Origin: a virus
Length of the DNA stretch: 64,000 nucleotides
Virus record (IMG/VR): IMGVR_UViG_3300014208_001418
Strand: one strand, 5' to 3'
The notes under the pieces are model-generated. The model was not told the origin of the DNA. It searched no databases and worked only from the letters and a program-made list of their open reading frames with translations. Shown one piece after another: positions 1 through 10,114 of the stretch (its first letter is position 1; each line of letters starts with the position of its first letter). The translations under genes and the position numbers were made by a program.

Positions 1-76
1 AGAATAGCATACTACTCATACTACTCTTACTTTCATACCAAACCCTTATATACCCTCCCACGAATCTCTCTCTATC

Positions 77-625
77 ATGCCTCCCAAATCCTCTCGATCC
101 TCCAAATCCCAAGAAAAATACAACTTTTACCTGACCATAATCCTAGTCCTTCTCGCCTTCTTCGGCACCCGCCTTCACGAATTCCTTCACCAAATAGTCG
201 CCTTCCTCTTCGGGTGGTCCTCCTCCGTAACCACAACCCTTCTAACAGGATCCACATCAGTTGAAGTCCTTTCCTCAACTCCCCCATCCCTTTTACAACT
301 CTGGATCTTTTATCTTTTTCCCAGTACTTTTCTTTTCATCTCTATCCTTCTCCTCACAATAACTCACCCCAATCGTTTCATTCAAGCTATGGGAATAGTA
401 ATTATCGGTTTAAATATTTCTTCTTTTTCAATTGAAATACCCTCCTCCGATGCATCATTATCTCTCCAATCTCTCATCAATTCAGGAGCAGTTTCTCCCT
501 TTATCGCAACATTGCTCCACTGGGTAATCTTCGCTTTAGCTCTTCTTATCTATATCCTATACATCTACATAGTAAACGATAACAACAGCAATGATGTCAA
601 GAAAAGACTCACTCAATTTTTTTAA
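77..625 (+). CDS. Multi-pass membrane protein with HExxH motif (M50/zincin-like metalloprotease candidate)
   Basis: RLHEFLHQ within the first hydrophobic segments, several TM helices; TATA (CCCTTATATA) about 30 nt upstream. Confidence 0.55.
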   Translation: MPPKSSRSSKSQEKYNFYLTIILVLLAFFGTRLHEFLHQIVAFLFGWSSSVTTTLLTGSTSVEVLSSTPPSLLQLWIFYLFPSTFLFISILLLTITHPNRFIQAMGIVIIGLNISSFSIEIPSSDASLSLQSLINSGAVSPFIATLLHWVIFALALLIYILYIYIVNDNNSNDVKKRLTQFF

Positions 626-628
626 AAT

Positions 629-1324
629 CTATGCAAATATATCAGCATCCATTTCATAATACTTTCCCTCTTCTTTTCTTTCATAAACGAACTCATCACT
701 CACTATCTGTTTAATCTCAGGTTTATGTGGGCAATAATCATTGTGTCCTAATGATTCATTGCAATTATAGCACAAAACCCTAAAACCATCGGGATAATAA
801 TTTTTCATAATCCATTTATATAAATTCCCCCCAATTCCAGCTTTTTTCATATGTTTACCACCATTCCCATGAATATGATCAATCCCCAAAAAAGCATAAA
901 CATCATTACCACAGCATTCGCATCTCAGCTCAGGAGAGTAATGAGAAAGAACTTTATATCTGTTGTTTATATTCCATTTAGTTTTACCTTTTATCTCAGG
1001 ATTCTTATGAAAGCATTCTCCATAATAACCTTTGCACATATTGCAGTTGTAACATAAGACTTGAAATCCTTCAGGATAGTTGTTATTTATTAACCAAAAA
1101 TATAATACGTGTCCTACTTCTTTCCTATGTTCAGCTCCGTCATTATTAATATGATCTATAGTAAGGAATTCAATATGAGACTCTCTACAACAAGCACATT
1201 TCAATTCAGGAGAGTAATGAGACATTACTTGAAGACGAATCTTTGACCAATATTTTTTTACTTGTTCTTTTATTTCTTCCTTATGTTCTTCTTGGTATTT
1301 TCTCCTTTTCTCTTTATCCCACAT
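629..1324 (-). CDS. Tandem double-HNH endonuclease-like protein (copy 1)
   Basis: Two repeats of CxCC-LxIDHI-G-YP-G-VLCYNCN; ends YYEMDADIFA. Confidence 0.8.
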   Translation of the reverse strand: MWDKEKRRKYQEEHKEEIKEQVKKYWSKIRLQVMSHYSPELKCACCRESHIEFLTIDHINNDGAEHRKEVGHVLYFWLINNNYPEGFQVLCYNCNMCKGYYGECFHKNPEIKGKTKWNINNRYKVLSHYSPELRCECCGNDVYAFLGIDHIHGNGGKHMKKAGIGGNLYKWIMKNYYPDGFRVLCYNCNESLGHNDYCPHKPEIKQIVSDEFVYERKEEGKYYEMDADIFA

Positions 1325-1451
1325 TGATAATCCTCTCCCCTATCATAACATGACCACAATCTTTACATTTTCTTCTCTGAAATTTTCCTTTTACCTGTAT
1401 CTCTATTCCAGCTTTTACATTATTTTCACTTTGGCATTTATTACATTTCAT
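1314..1451 (-). CDS. 45-aa zinc-ribbon protein coupled to HNH copy 1 (not in ORF track)
   Basis: MKCNKCQSENNVKAGIEIQVKGKFQRRKCKDCGHVMIGERIINVG; overlaps the HNH start; paralog at 62816-62953. Confidence 0.75.
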   Translation of the reverse strand: MKCNKCQSENNVKAGIEIQVKGKFQRRKCKDCGHVMIGERIINVG

Positions 1452-1697
1452 ACTTTACTTATGTATGCACTTATTGATATATTTTACGCATCAGAATATT
1501 TAAACATTAATTATATATAGAATATCAATCAATTTCTTTAAAAAACTATGCCCAAAAACGTCACCCTCTCTGACATCCTCTTGTCAATCATAGTCTTAAT
1601 CTTAGCAATCGACCTTCACAAATATCCTCCTTAAATACCTCCTACTTTTTTCATAATCTTATTTATATAAATATCTTTAACTATATAACTAGAAATC

Positions 1698-1733
1698 TTT
1701 ATATACTATTCTCTCTTATTAGTAGTAGTAGCA
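1698..1733 (+). promoter_or_regulatory. TATA + AGTAGTAGTAGCA promoter
   Basis: TTTATATACT 1698-1707, exact 13-mer 1721-1733, ORF at 1771. Confidence 0.8.
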
Positions 1734-1770
1734 AAACATAAAACTATAAATAACACAAAGGAATAGAAAT

Positions 1771-2334
1771 ATGAATACAACAAACCTAAAACACGCTCAA
1801 ACGGTGATATCATATCCTCTGATCGACAAATTCAATAAACCCCTAAGCAAAATAGTCTTATACTTAGGTGAAACATGTCCATCATGTCTAATTAAACCCT
1901 CAGCAGTTCCGCGATTAAAAATAAAACGTCCTGACGGAACTCTCGTCATTAACAAAGCAACAAAAACTGCAAATAAATACAAAGGCTCTTTTAGAGGAAA
2001 CCTTGAAGCAGAAATAAAAGAACTCTTGATCCTCTGTAAATGCACAATAGAAGCAGAATCTTATCTCTCTACTGCCTACGTCAGCAGTATTCGCAACGTT
2101 GCAGTATCCGTGAAAAACTCCAGTAAAAACTGGAAAGGTTCTTTCTCTTTAATTATCACTGGTAACATTAAAACTATCCGTGAAGATACTAAAAAAGTAA
2201 TCGACTTCCTTGATAATCACGGAGTAACAATAATCCAAACCTGTGATAATCATTGCTTGCCAATTGAAACATCCCAAGACCTCAACAAAGTAAAGAACTA
2301 CAAGACAAAGAACTCAAAGAACTCCTCAAAATAG
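1771..2334 (+). CDS. Hypothetical protein
   Basis: 187-aa ORF after a motif promoter. Confidence 0.7.
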   Translation: MNTTNLKHAQTVISYPLIDKFNKPLSKIVLYLGETCPSCLIKPSAVPRLKIKRPDGTLVINKATKTANKYKGSFRGNLEAEIKELLILCKCTIEAESYLSTAYVSSIRNVAVSVKNSSKNWKGSFSLIITGNIKTIREDTKKVIDFLDNHGVTIIQTCDNHCLPIETSQDLNKVKNYKTKNSKNSSK

Positions 2335-2343
2335 TGATCCGCT

Positions 2344-3168
2344 ATGTTCGAAATAGATGAAAATGCAATCATAAATGTAAAATGTAACGGCTTCTCTGAC
2401 AATGACAAAAAAAATATTGCAATGGAGCTTCCAGACATAACCTCTTATGATGAAACAGGAAACCTAATCCTCCACCTTCCCGCAACTACAAACCTAGAAG
2501 AGCTAACAAACAAAGTAATTCAAGCTTACGTTTCAGTTCTTAAAGACTTTTCGAAAAATGCCCTCTCCTCTCCTTCTTCATTAAAGCCATCTAATTATGT
2601 ACTCCCTGTTAGCACATTTGCTCAGAAAACCGAAACTCTAAAGTCAGAAACTTTTTTAAAAGACATAACACTAAAGATGGTAATGGATAGAATCCTCGAA
2701 GAGAAACGTCAAAATTTTCATGCACATGAATATATAGAAATTTTTAAAAGCGAAATTGATCCAAATCATACATCAACAAGACGTAAAATAGCAGGACGAG
2801 TCTATAGTTCCATAACTCAATTATTAAAAGCAAAAAAAATATTTGTTTCCGATCATCCCTCAAAGAGGGGAGGAAAAGGAGGGGGAAGATTCTATTCAGT
2901 AGATTTAAACTATATAAATACTTCAACTTCATCTACAACATCTTCCTTAATAACAAAATCAAATCCGATCAAAGATCGAATCTTAACAGATAATCTACCT
3001 TCCTTTCGATTAGAACATTACTGTTCCGAATCCTTTTGTACAGAATTCAATCTACCAAAAGAAAAAATATTTCAACAAGTAAGTTCCACTGTAAAAGCTA
3101 TGATCGATGAAAATCTTGTAGATAGATTTGGCAAGGAACTATATACAGTAAAGCTATATACTCAATAA
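2344..3168 (+). CDS. Hypothetical protein, possible winged-helix segment
   Basis: 274-aa ORF; basic helix plus GGKGGGRFY wing-like segment. Confidence 0.55.
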   Translation: MFEIDENAIINVKCNGFSDNDKKNIAMELPDITSYDETGNLILHLPATTNLEELTNKVIQAYVSVLKDFSKNALSSPSSLKPSNYVLPVSTFAQKTETLKSETFLKDITLKMVMDRILEEKRQNFHAHEYIEIFKSEIDPNHTSTRRKIAGRVYSSITQLLKAKKIFVSDHPSKRGGKGGGRFYSVDLNYINTSTSSTTSSLITKSNPIKDRILTDNLPSFRLEHYCSESFCTEFNLPKEKIFQQVSSTVKAMIDENLVDRFGKELYTVKLYTQ

Positions 3169-3227
3169 AACAACATATTCATCCTTTAGCGTTTTTCTTT
3201 TTTTTCTTATTTTTTCTAATCACAATC

Positions 3228-3254
3228 TTTATATACATTGTAGTAGTAGTAGCA
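3228..3254 (+). promoter_or_regulatory. TATA + AGTAGTAGTAGCA promoter
   Basis: TTTATATACA 3228-3237, exact 13-mer 3242-3254. Confidence 0.8.
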
Positions 3255-3335
3255 ATTAATGAATGCGATAATACACACATCAGACAACAACTTCAACATC
3301 CTCAAATACAAAAAAGAAGGCGACCCTGACTAACC

Positions 3336-3779
3336 ATGCGACCCCTCCATGACTCAATTCACAACTGCCTAGACTGCAACACCTATAAACTCTATAAACA
3401 GCCTTGCTCCCTATCTCCTCTCGTTACAGTCAAAGTCTGTAACCTTTGCACCACACGCCCCTGTTGTCTCTCCCCCATAGTTCCTCTCATGCCCTGCGAG
3501 CAAGACACAATACTTGACCAATTCGACCCCGCCACTGAAGAACTCCCACTCAAAGGAGGCATTCCTTTTAACATCATAACCAAATATTGCAAACACCTCG
3601 ATCCCTCCACGCTAAACTGCAAAGTTTATCCGATTCGCCCAATCGCTTGTCGCATAGCCTGTAAATCCTGCACCTCCCCCTTCTGGAAGAAAATGCTTCT
3701 CAAACGCCAATCCCGTTTAAATTCAGAACAAGATCCAAATCATAACCTAAAAACTCAAATACCCGAAGTGAAAACATGA
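3336..3779 (+). CDS. YkgJ/UPF0153-like Cys-cluster (Fe-S/Zn) protein
   Basis: CNLC...PCC and CKHLD...CKVYPIRPIACR pattern. Confidence 0.6.
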   Translation: MRPLHDSIHNCLDCNTYKLYKQPCSLSPLVTVKVCNLCTTRPCCLSPIVPLMPCEQDTILDQFDPATEELPLKGGIPFNIITKYCKHLDPSTLNCKVYPIRPIACRIACKSCTSPFWKKMLLKRQSRLNSEQDPNHNLKTQIPEVKT

Positions 3780-4992
3780 ACGAAAGAAAAGAAATAAGCC
3801 CAAAAATAACAGCCCTAGAGAATCGCCTAACAGACAAACATAAAGACATAATTGACATTCTATACGATTTCGCTCAATCACGAGCAACAATTTGTTCAAT
3901 CATTCACTTTAAAACAGGACGTAACCTACACTTGTCATCAGGATGCACAATTCGTTCCAAAACAGACCTCGACGACATACCATTTGCCTGTGCCTTAGCC
4001 TTCAAGCGAGCTAAAAAGAACTATCTTAGCTTCCTCAGAGAAACTGAACAACAACATAAGGAATAACTATGATAACCTGTTCACATTGTAAAAGAGAATA
4101 TACAAACCTTGACAATCTCCCCCTCAGACGATACGAAACTAACCAAGAAGTGAGAGTATGCATATGTGGATGGGAATTATATCAAGACTTATCCTTTGAC
4201 CGAAAAGCGAATCTCTCAAAAAAAGAAATAACCGATCTCGAAGCTCTCTCCATCCTAAAAAGTGGAATGCCTGACCTAAACGACCTTCAGCAAAAAGCAG
4301 TCAATAAAGCTATATACTATTTCAACTATTTCCATATAGGAGAAAAGCATGAACATAAAAGTAGATGACATCGTAAACATTCAATCATCCGAACCCAACA
4401 CTTTTTGGAAAGGCAAAGTCTATGAGATAGATTCAACGATAATTCCTGAAAAAGCTCTTGCATCTGTAAAAGCCTTATCAGGAAAAGGTCATGCTCTCGT
4501 CTATCAAAAAAACCTCGAATTCAAAGAAGGAGAATGGTGGGAAACAACCTTATGAAGTGCCAAAGCCTCGAATGCGATAACGAAACATCACTTCCAAATT
4601 CTCATTGTGATAAGTGTCTTGACGAACTCGGAGAGCTAATAGAAAAACATCCTATAAGCTTTATAGGTTCCTTTACAAAATCAAACAACATAAAATCTTC
4701 CTCTTCAATAATCGCTCAGCTCCAAACTCCAGCTATATGCTCCTCCTGCAATTCAGAAATTCCCTCAGGCACTACTATCTCTATCTCTCCCATCCTCTGC
4801 CCAAAATGCACCCACTCTCAAAACCTAACAGTCCAAGAAGTCATTTCCCTAACATCCCCCTCCGAACAAGAACGTCTATTTCCCCTCCTCAACTTTGACA
4901 ACATGCTCAACATCCCTGTCTATCTCCTAAACGCCGAAAACCCCTATTGCACCGAAATCGTATCAATCTGGAAAAACGTATGCAAACATTGA
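3776..4992 (+). CDS. Run of four small coupled hypothetical ORFs (3776-4066, 4069-4368, 4349-4555, 4534-4992), two with CxxC pairs
   Basis: Overlapping start/stop codons, operon-like arrangement. Confidence 0.6.
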
Positions 4993-5058
4993 TACTATTC
5001 TAAATACTATTTACTACTAATCACAAGTATTAAATACTAATAATTACTATCAGATACT

Positions 5059-5181
5059 ATGTTAAAAACAATGAAAATTGATGAAAAAACTCATGAACGC
5101 CTAAGTAATTATGGTCGTAAGAATGAAAGCTTCGATCAGATTATCAATAGATTGTTGGATGAAGTTGAAAAGAAGGAATAG
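5059..5181 (+). CDS. 40-aa RHH/VapB-like DNA-binding protein (not in ORF track)
   Basis: MLKTMKIDEKTHERLSNYGRKNESFDQIINRLLDEVEKKE resembles archaeal RHH antitoxin-type proteins. Confidence 0.7.
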   Translation: MLKTMKIDEKTHERLSNYGRKNESFDQIINRLLDEVEKKE

Positions 5182-5193
5182 GACTTATTAAAA

Positions 5194-6642
5194 ATGACAC
5201 GCAAACCTAGAGGATATTGGACTGAAGAGAATATTTTGAAAGAGCTTAACATTATTATAAATAAAATTGGTCATTTTCCTACATCTAACGAATTAAAGAA
5301 AATGGGGAAACAAAATATCACATTAGTAATGTGTAAAAATGGTGGCGCGGCACTTTTCAGAGAACTTACAAGTAACGAAATTATATGTAGAAAAAAAGGA
5401 TATTGGAGTGAAGAAATAACGATATCTGAATTAAAAAAAATAATTATTGAAATTGGTAGATTTCCGTCACGTAAGGACTTAGAAAATCTTAAAAAAGAAG
5501 CGTTAATAGGAGCAATGCAGAAAAATGGAGGAGAAATAAAGCTTAGAAGAGTTTTAAATCAACCTATAATAAAATTAGAAGACAACTATTGGAATAATGA
5601 TATCATAGTAAATCATTTAAATGATATAATACAAAAATTATCGCATTTCCCCTCTGCTAAAGATATTGAAAACACTGGAATTCATGGTTTAAAAAATAGT
5701 ATTAAAAAAACAGGTGGTTTACATTACTATAGAAAATTACTAGGATATAAACATAGCGAAAGAAATATTTATAAGACTGAATTAGAAGTACAAGTCGAAT
5801 TAGATAGATTAATAAAAATTCTAAATCATTACCCTACTGAAAAGGATATTAAAACATTGAGTAACAGTTGTTTAATAAGTTCTATAAGAAAATATGGGGG
5901 GCATAGAAAATTCAAAAAAATATTTAATCTTTATATACGAAATGACAATGGTTTTTGGACAGATGAAAAAATTGTAAAATCATTAGAAGAAATAATTTCT
6001 AAAGTTTCACATTTTCCGACTGAGCGAGAAATCGATGGTTTTGGAATAGCAGGTTTATCAAATGCGATAATGAAACATGGAGGTTATATAAAATTCAGAG
6101 AATTATGTGGAATTTCTGTATCAGATTATCAATATTTTTTTTCAAATCTGATGTCATATACATATAGAAGGGGGAAAAATTCAGAAAAAATAGTATTAGA
6201 TTTAATTAAAGAATGGTGCAAAATAAAAAATAAACCCGAACCGATATGTAATGTAAAAGTTTCAAAAGGTAATGTCATAGAATTTATTTGTGAAAATAAT
6301 AAAACGATAGGAATTGATGTTGTAAATACTTCTTTTAAACAATCTGTTTATCATAAGTGGGAGCGAAAAGAATATTCTAAATATCTAGACAAGCTTTTGA
6401 TTGTAGTCTTTTCAGATTGTTTCGATAATAACGATTATGAAGAATGGAATAATAACAGTCCAGATAATGTAATTATTATGTCTATAAACGACTTTATAAA
6501 AGAATTAGACTATTCTGTTGATAAAGCAACAATTGAAAAGATAGAGTGTTATAAAATTTGTTCTTTTCGTACAAAAGATGAACTCAAGAAAATTCATAAA
6601 AATGAAGAAACAATAATAAACTATGAGGATTATTTCGCATGA
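5194..6642 (+). CDS. Homing-endonuclease-associated repeat protein with C-terminal PD-(D/E)xK-like domain
   Basis: Five ~62-aa repeats (YW-E-I-L-HFP-L-GG-FR); C-terminal EKIV...IGIDV region; AT-rich island; ends YEDYFA. Confidence 0.65.
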   Translation: MTRKPRGYWTEENILKELNIIINKIGHFPTSNELKKMGKQNITLVMCKNGGAALFRELTSNEIICRKKGYWSEEITISELKKIIIEIGRFPSRKDLENLKKEALIGAMQKNGGEIKLRRVLNQPIIKLEDNYWNNDIIVNHLNDIIQKLSHFPSAKDIENTGIHGLKNSIKKTGGLHYYRKLLGYKHSERNIYKTELEVQVELDRLIKILNHYPTEKDIKTLSNSCLISSIRKYGGHRKFKKIFNLYIRNDNGFWTDEKIVKSLEEIISKVSHFPTEREIDGFGIAGLSNAIMKHGGYIKFRELCGISVSDYQYFFSNLMSYTYRRGKNSEKIVLDLIKEWCKIKNKPEPICNVKVSKGNVIEFICENNKTIGIDVVNTSFKQSVYHKWERKEYSKYLDKLLIVVFSDCFDNNDYEEWNNNSPDNVIIMSINDFIKELDYSVDKATIEKIECYKICSFRTKDELKKIHKNEETIINYEDYFA

Positions 6643-8843
6643 CTTTAATTATACCCAATGAATTAAAAAATCTTCCCATTGCAAAAATCCTGCCTTCTAT
6701 TAATCTCAATTCTAGTTTTATTCTAATAGGAGCGACAGGAAGCGGAAAAACAATGTTAATACCCCCTATATTATCAGATATGCAAAAAAAGACAGTTTTG
6801 ATCAGACAACCTACCCGTTCAATAGCTAAACTAACCCATAAAGCTCTTAATGATTTCTTCGGTTCTCAATTAACTATAGGTATAATAACATCTGAAGATA
6901 AAGACACTGATTATAGATATCTTCATAATTATAATATTATAGTAATAACTGATGGTGTATTATCTACTATTATAAAAAAACTCGACCCTATGAGAATTAT
7001 TCTGATTTTTGATGAGGTACATTGGGGAACTCCTCCCCTAGAGGTCGATCTTTCCCTAGCACTTTCCTATAAGCAAACAAATCCTTCTCTCCAAATAGTC
7101 CTTCTATCCGCAACGATTTCCCCTTATACCTTCGTAAAATACTTTGAACAACTCTCCCCCAACCCAACCCCCGATTCCATTCTTCGTGACATCTGTCTAA
7201 TCTCTGAAACTGAAAAAGTCAATTCCTATCCACAACCCCAGCTCCTAAAAGTCTACTATTCAGAAGGTATGACTTATCCCATAACAAAACACGTAATAAA
7301 AGTTCCCGACATCAAAAACGTAGACGCTGAAATCTCAGCTTTCTGCTATCGCATGAAAAACAATAAAACATTCGGTCTAGTTTTTCTTCCCACGAGAGCC
7401 GATATTATACAAGCCGCCTCTAGATATTTTCCCATTTTGCCCACGTTGTACTTCCATGCAGACAGCCCCATCGAAGAGCTTATAGGCACCCAACCCCAAT
7501 CCTCGACCTCATCTCATCGTACTCCTCATTGTCCAAAACCCCTCACCCCCATCGATTCTATCCCATTCACACCCTCTCCCTCTCCAACAGCAACAGTCGT
7601 AAACAATCCTGTTCTAGTCCCAGTTCCCATTCCTACTCCAATTCCTCCTTCTCCCCCAATCCCTAAACTAAAACAAGGCTTCTTCAAAGATAATAAGCCG
7701 TCTGGGGGAGTTTGCTTCGCTACTATATCTTTAAGCACAAGCGTAACTCTACCATTTTCCGAAGTCCTTATAATCGATTCTACAAACGACAGCTCCTACA
7801 TAGAAGAGATCGAACAAAAAGTAGACAAATACGGAATCAACTGCGGAAGCAACGAAATCATTCAAAAAGCAGGTCGTGTAGGGCGTCTTTTCCCTGGAGA
7901 AGCAACCTTATTAACCAATCGTGACATAACCTTTGCAGACATAAAACCCACCAATATCATCCCCCCTCTCAGTAAGGAGATGCCAATCACCGCATCCCTA
8001 ATCTCAGCCTCACACGGAATTAACATCAAAAACGCCAAGCTCCTCACTACCCTAAGCCCAACTCAAATATCCAATTCCCTTGAAACCCTAACCTATTACA
8101 ATTTCATAGATAATACAGGTTCAATAACTCCAAAAGGAAGTCGTGCTTTAACCCTTCCTCTCAACGTACACGATGCAAAACTCCTTCTTTCCACACCTCC
8201 CTCCTTCATCCCAGCTACAGCAGCCTTCCTCTCATTCCCTCAAAGCATGTTCTATCTTATCGATCCCACCCTCTCCAAAACCACGCTCTTTTCCTCATAT
8301 TCCTTCAACTCCATCCCCCTCACTAAAATCCTCCTTCTCCAGGGAGCCATCGCAAACAAATCCACTCTCCATTCCTTCTGCAACTCCCTTTCCCTAAACC
8401 ATAAACGTATGAAATCCTCCCTCTTCAACTTCCATCAGCTAGGTCGTAAATTCTCCTTCTCTCCTTCCGACTTCGAAGATGCCCTTCTCGCCCTAGACTT
8501 CTCCCCAAACTCCCCTCTCTCCACTTCCTACCGAAACCTCCTCTATATGCTCCTCCCTAAATACAACATCCTCTTAGACGGTTCAGGTTTCCCCGTCCCA
8601 TCTCGCAAATCTTCCCATTACTCCTTCTTCTCCGATCCTCAATTCTTTTCCGTCCCTAACACCTTCATGCCCTACAAAGTATCAGGTCGTTTCTCCCTTT
8701 TCCAAGCAAAAGGCAAAATCTTCGGAAGAGTAACAGATGCTACCCTAAAACTCCTCCCAACTCCTCCCATTCCAACTTTATCTTCAACCTCCGTTCCTCT
8801 CTCAGCCTTACCCTCCGATTCTAATTCATTAATAACTCTATAG
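6639..8843 (+). CDS. HrpA-like DEAH-box SF2 helicase
   Basis: GATGSGKT, DEVH, SAT, FLPT, ATISLSTSVTL, QKAGRVGR; HA2-like region follows. Confidence 0.85.
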   Translation: MTLIIPNELKNLPIAKILPSINLNSSFILIGATGSGKTMLIPPILSDMQKKTVLIRQPTRSIAKLTHKALNDFFGSQLTIGIITSEDKDTDYRYLHNYNIIVITDGVLSTIIKKLDPMRIILIFDEVHWGTPPLEVDLSLALSYKQTNPSLQIVLLSATISPYTFVKYFEQLSPNPTPDSILRDICLISETEKVNSYPQPQLLKVYYSEGMTYPITKHVIKVPDIKNVDAEISAFCYRMKNNKTFGLVFLPTRADIIQAASRYFPILPTLYFHADSPIEELIGTQPQSSTSSHRTPHCPKPLTPIDSIPFTPSPSPTATVVNNPVLVPVPIPTPIPPSPPIPKLKQGFFKDNKPSGGVCFATISLSTSVTLPFSEVLIIDSTNDSSYIEEIEQKVDKYGINCGSNEIIQKAGRVGRLFPGEATLLTNRDITFADIKPTNIIPPLSKEMPITASLISASHGINIKNAKLLTTLSPTQISNSLETLTYYNFIDNTGSITPKGSRALTLPLNVHDAKLLLSTPPSFIPATAAFLSFPQSMFYLIDPTLSKTTLFSSYSFNSIPLTKILLLQGAIANKSTLHSFCNSLSLNHKRMKSSLFNFHQLGRKFSFSPSDFEDALLALDFSPNSPLSTSYRNLLYMLLPKYNILLDGSGFPVPSRKSSHYSFFSDPQFFSVPNTFMPYKVSGRFSLFQAKGKIFGRVTDATLKLLPTPPIPTLSSTSVPLSALPSDSNSLITL

Positions 8844-8859
8844 CCTATCCCTTTTAAAA

Positions 8860-9486
8860 ATGTCCCCCGACCCTTTTAAAACCCCCCAAACCTTCAAAAA
8901 ACTCCTCCTCCTCCTCTCTTACCTATCCCTAAATTTCATCGGTTATTTCCTAATACAAACCCTCAATCCTCACGGAACTCAACTCTCCACATCCTTAGAC
9001 TCCAAAATACCCCTAATTCCCATCTTCGTAATACCCTACATGCTATTTATCTTTTATCCCATATTTTCCCTCTCCCTGTTCTGGAACAATTATAAAAATT
9101 ACCTATCTTTATCTCTATCCTTAATTATTATCACATCTATATCCCTACTAATCTATTACATGTTCCAAACTGAAGTAACTCACCCAACAATACTTCCCAC
9201 AACCAATCTAACTTACCTCATTTCCTTAATCTATTACTACGATGCCCCCGTAAACACTTTTCCTTCCCTACACGTAGCAATTCCCACTCTCTGTACTCTT
9301 TTCATTCACGAAAAAAACAAATCACTATTTCCCTACATCCTTCCAATAACAATCTTCATAATTCTATCCACCCTATTCATAAAACAACACGTCATCTTAG
9401 ATGTTATCACTTCTATACTTATCGCTTTAATAATCTTCAAATACAGAACATCCTTCGTATCTCAAACAAACAATTTTATTCACTAA
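8860..9486 (+). CDS. PAP2-superfamily (AUR1/IPC-synthase-like) membrane protein
   Basis: FPSLHV and KQHVILDV motifs among TM helices. Confidence 0.75.
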   Translation: MSPDPFKTPQTFKKLLLLLSYLSLNFIGYFLIQTLNPHGTQLSTSLDSKIPLIPIFVIPYMLFIFYPIFSLSLFWNNYKNYLSLSLSLIIITSISLLIYYMFQTEVTHPTILPTTNLTYLISLIYYYDAPVNTFPSLHVAIPTLCTLFIHEKNKSLFPYILPITIFIILSTLFIKQHVILDVITSILIALIIFKYRTSFVSQTNNFIH

Positions 9487-9492
9487 CAAAGC

Positions 9493-9519
9493 TTTTTATA
9501 CTCTGTAGTAGTAGTAACA
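9493..9519 (+). promoter_or_regulatory. TATA + AGT-motif promoter, leaderless
   Basis: TTTTTATACT then GTAGTAGTAGTAACA; ATG at 9526. Confidence 0.7.
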
Positions 9520-9525
9520 ATCATT

Positions 9526-10026
9526 ATGTCTGAAGAAAAACTAAACCCTCATCCCCCTTCGGAAGAACTTTCTCATGAACCTCAAGACGAATCACTCCCA
9601 GAATACCCTCATCTCTCTGAAGCTATTGCAAAAGGAATCGAAGAAGGTTTTTTCTCCATAGTAAATAAAATAGTTATAGGTATAGCAATATATTTCGCAA
9701 TCGCATTTTTAATTATGGCGGGATTGTCACTTTATGACAAATATACTCACGATAAATGCATAGAACGCGGAGAATGTATTGATTATAGTAATGTAACTAT
9801 AGCATATTCTTCTTCTCCCGACTCATCATCTTCCCCTATCGCAAGAAATCAACCCATCTTATGTATTGTCGCTATCGGAAATTCCTCTTTCACACAAAAT
9901 ATTCTCCAATTTTCTGTACCCTCCTATACCGAAGCTAATGAGAAATACAAAACAATGCAGTACGAAATCAATGAAACCCTAACTGTTTCAGATTGGTATG
10001 ACAAAGGCTTAACATGTTCTGATTAA
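9526..10026 (+). CDS. Single-pass membrane hypothetical protein
   Basis: One TM segment at about aa 50-70. Confidence 0.65.
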   Translation: MSEEKLNPHPPSEELSHEPQDESLPEYPHLSEAIAKGIEEGFFSIVNKIVIGIAIYFAIAFLIMAGLSLYDKYTHDKCIERGECIDYSNVTIAYSSSPDSSSSPIARNQPILCIVAIGNSSFTQNILQFSVPSYTEANEKYKTMQYEINETLTVSDWYDKGLTCSD

Positions 10027-10114
10027 ACTGTTTCTCCTTTTTTCTCCTATTTCTTTTTATTCATATCTAAACCTTTATATATCCTAAACGCATTCAAAAG
10101 CATAAGATAATCAT

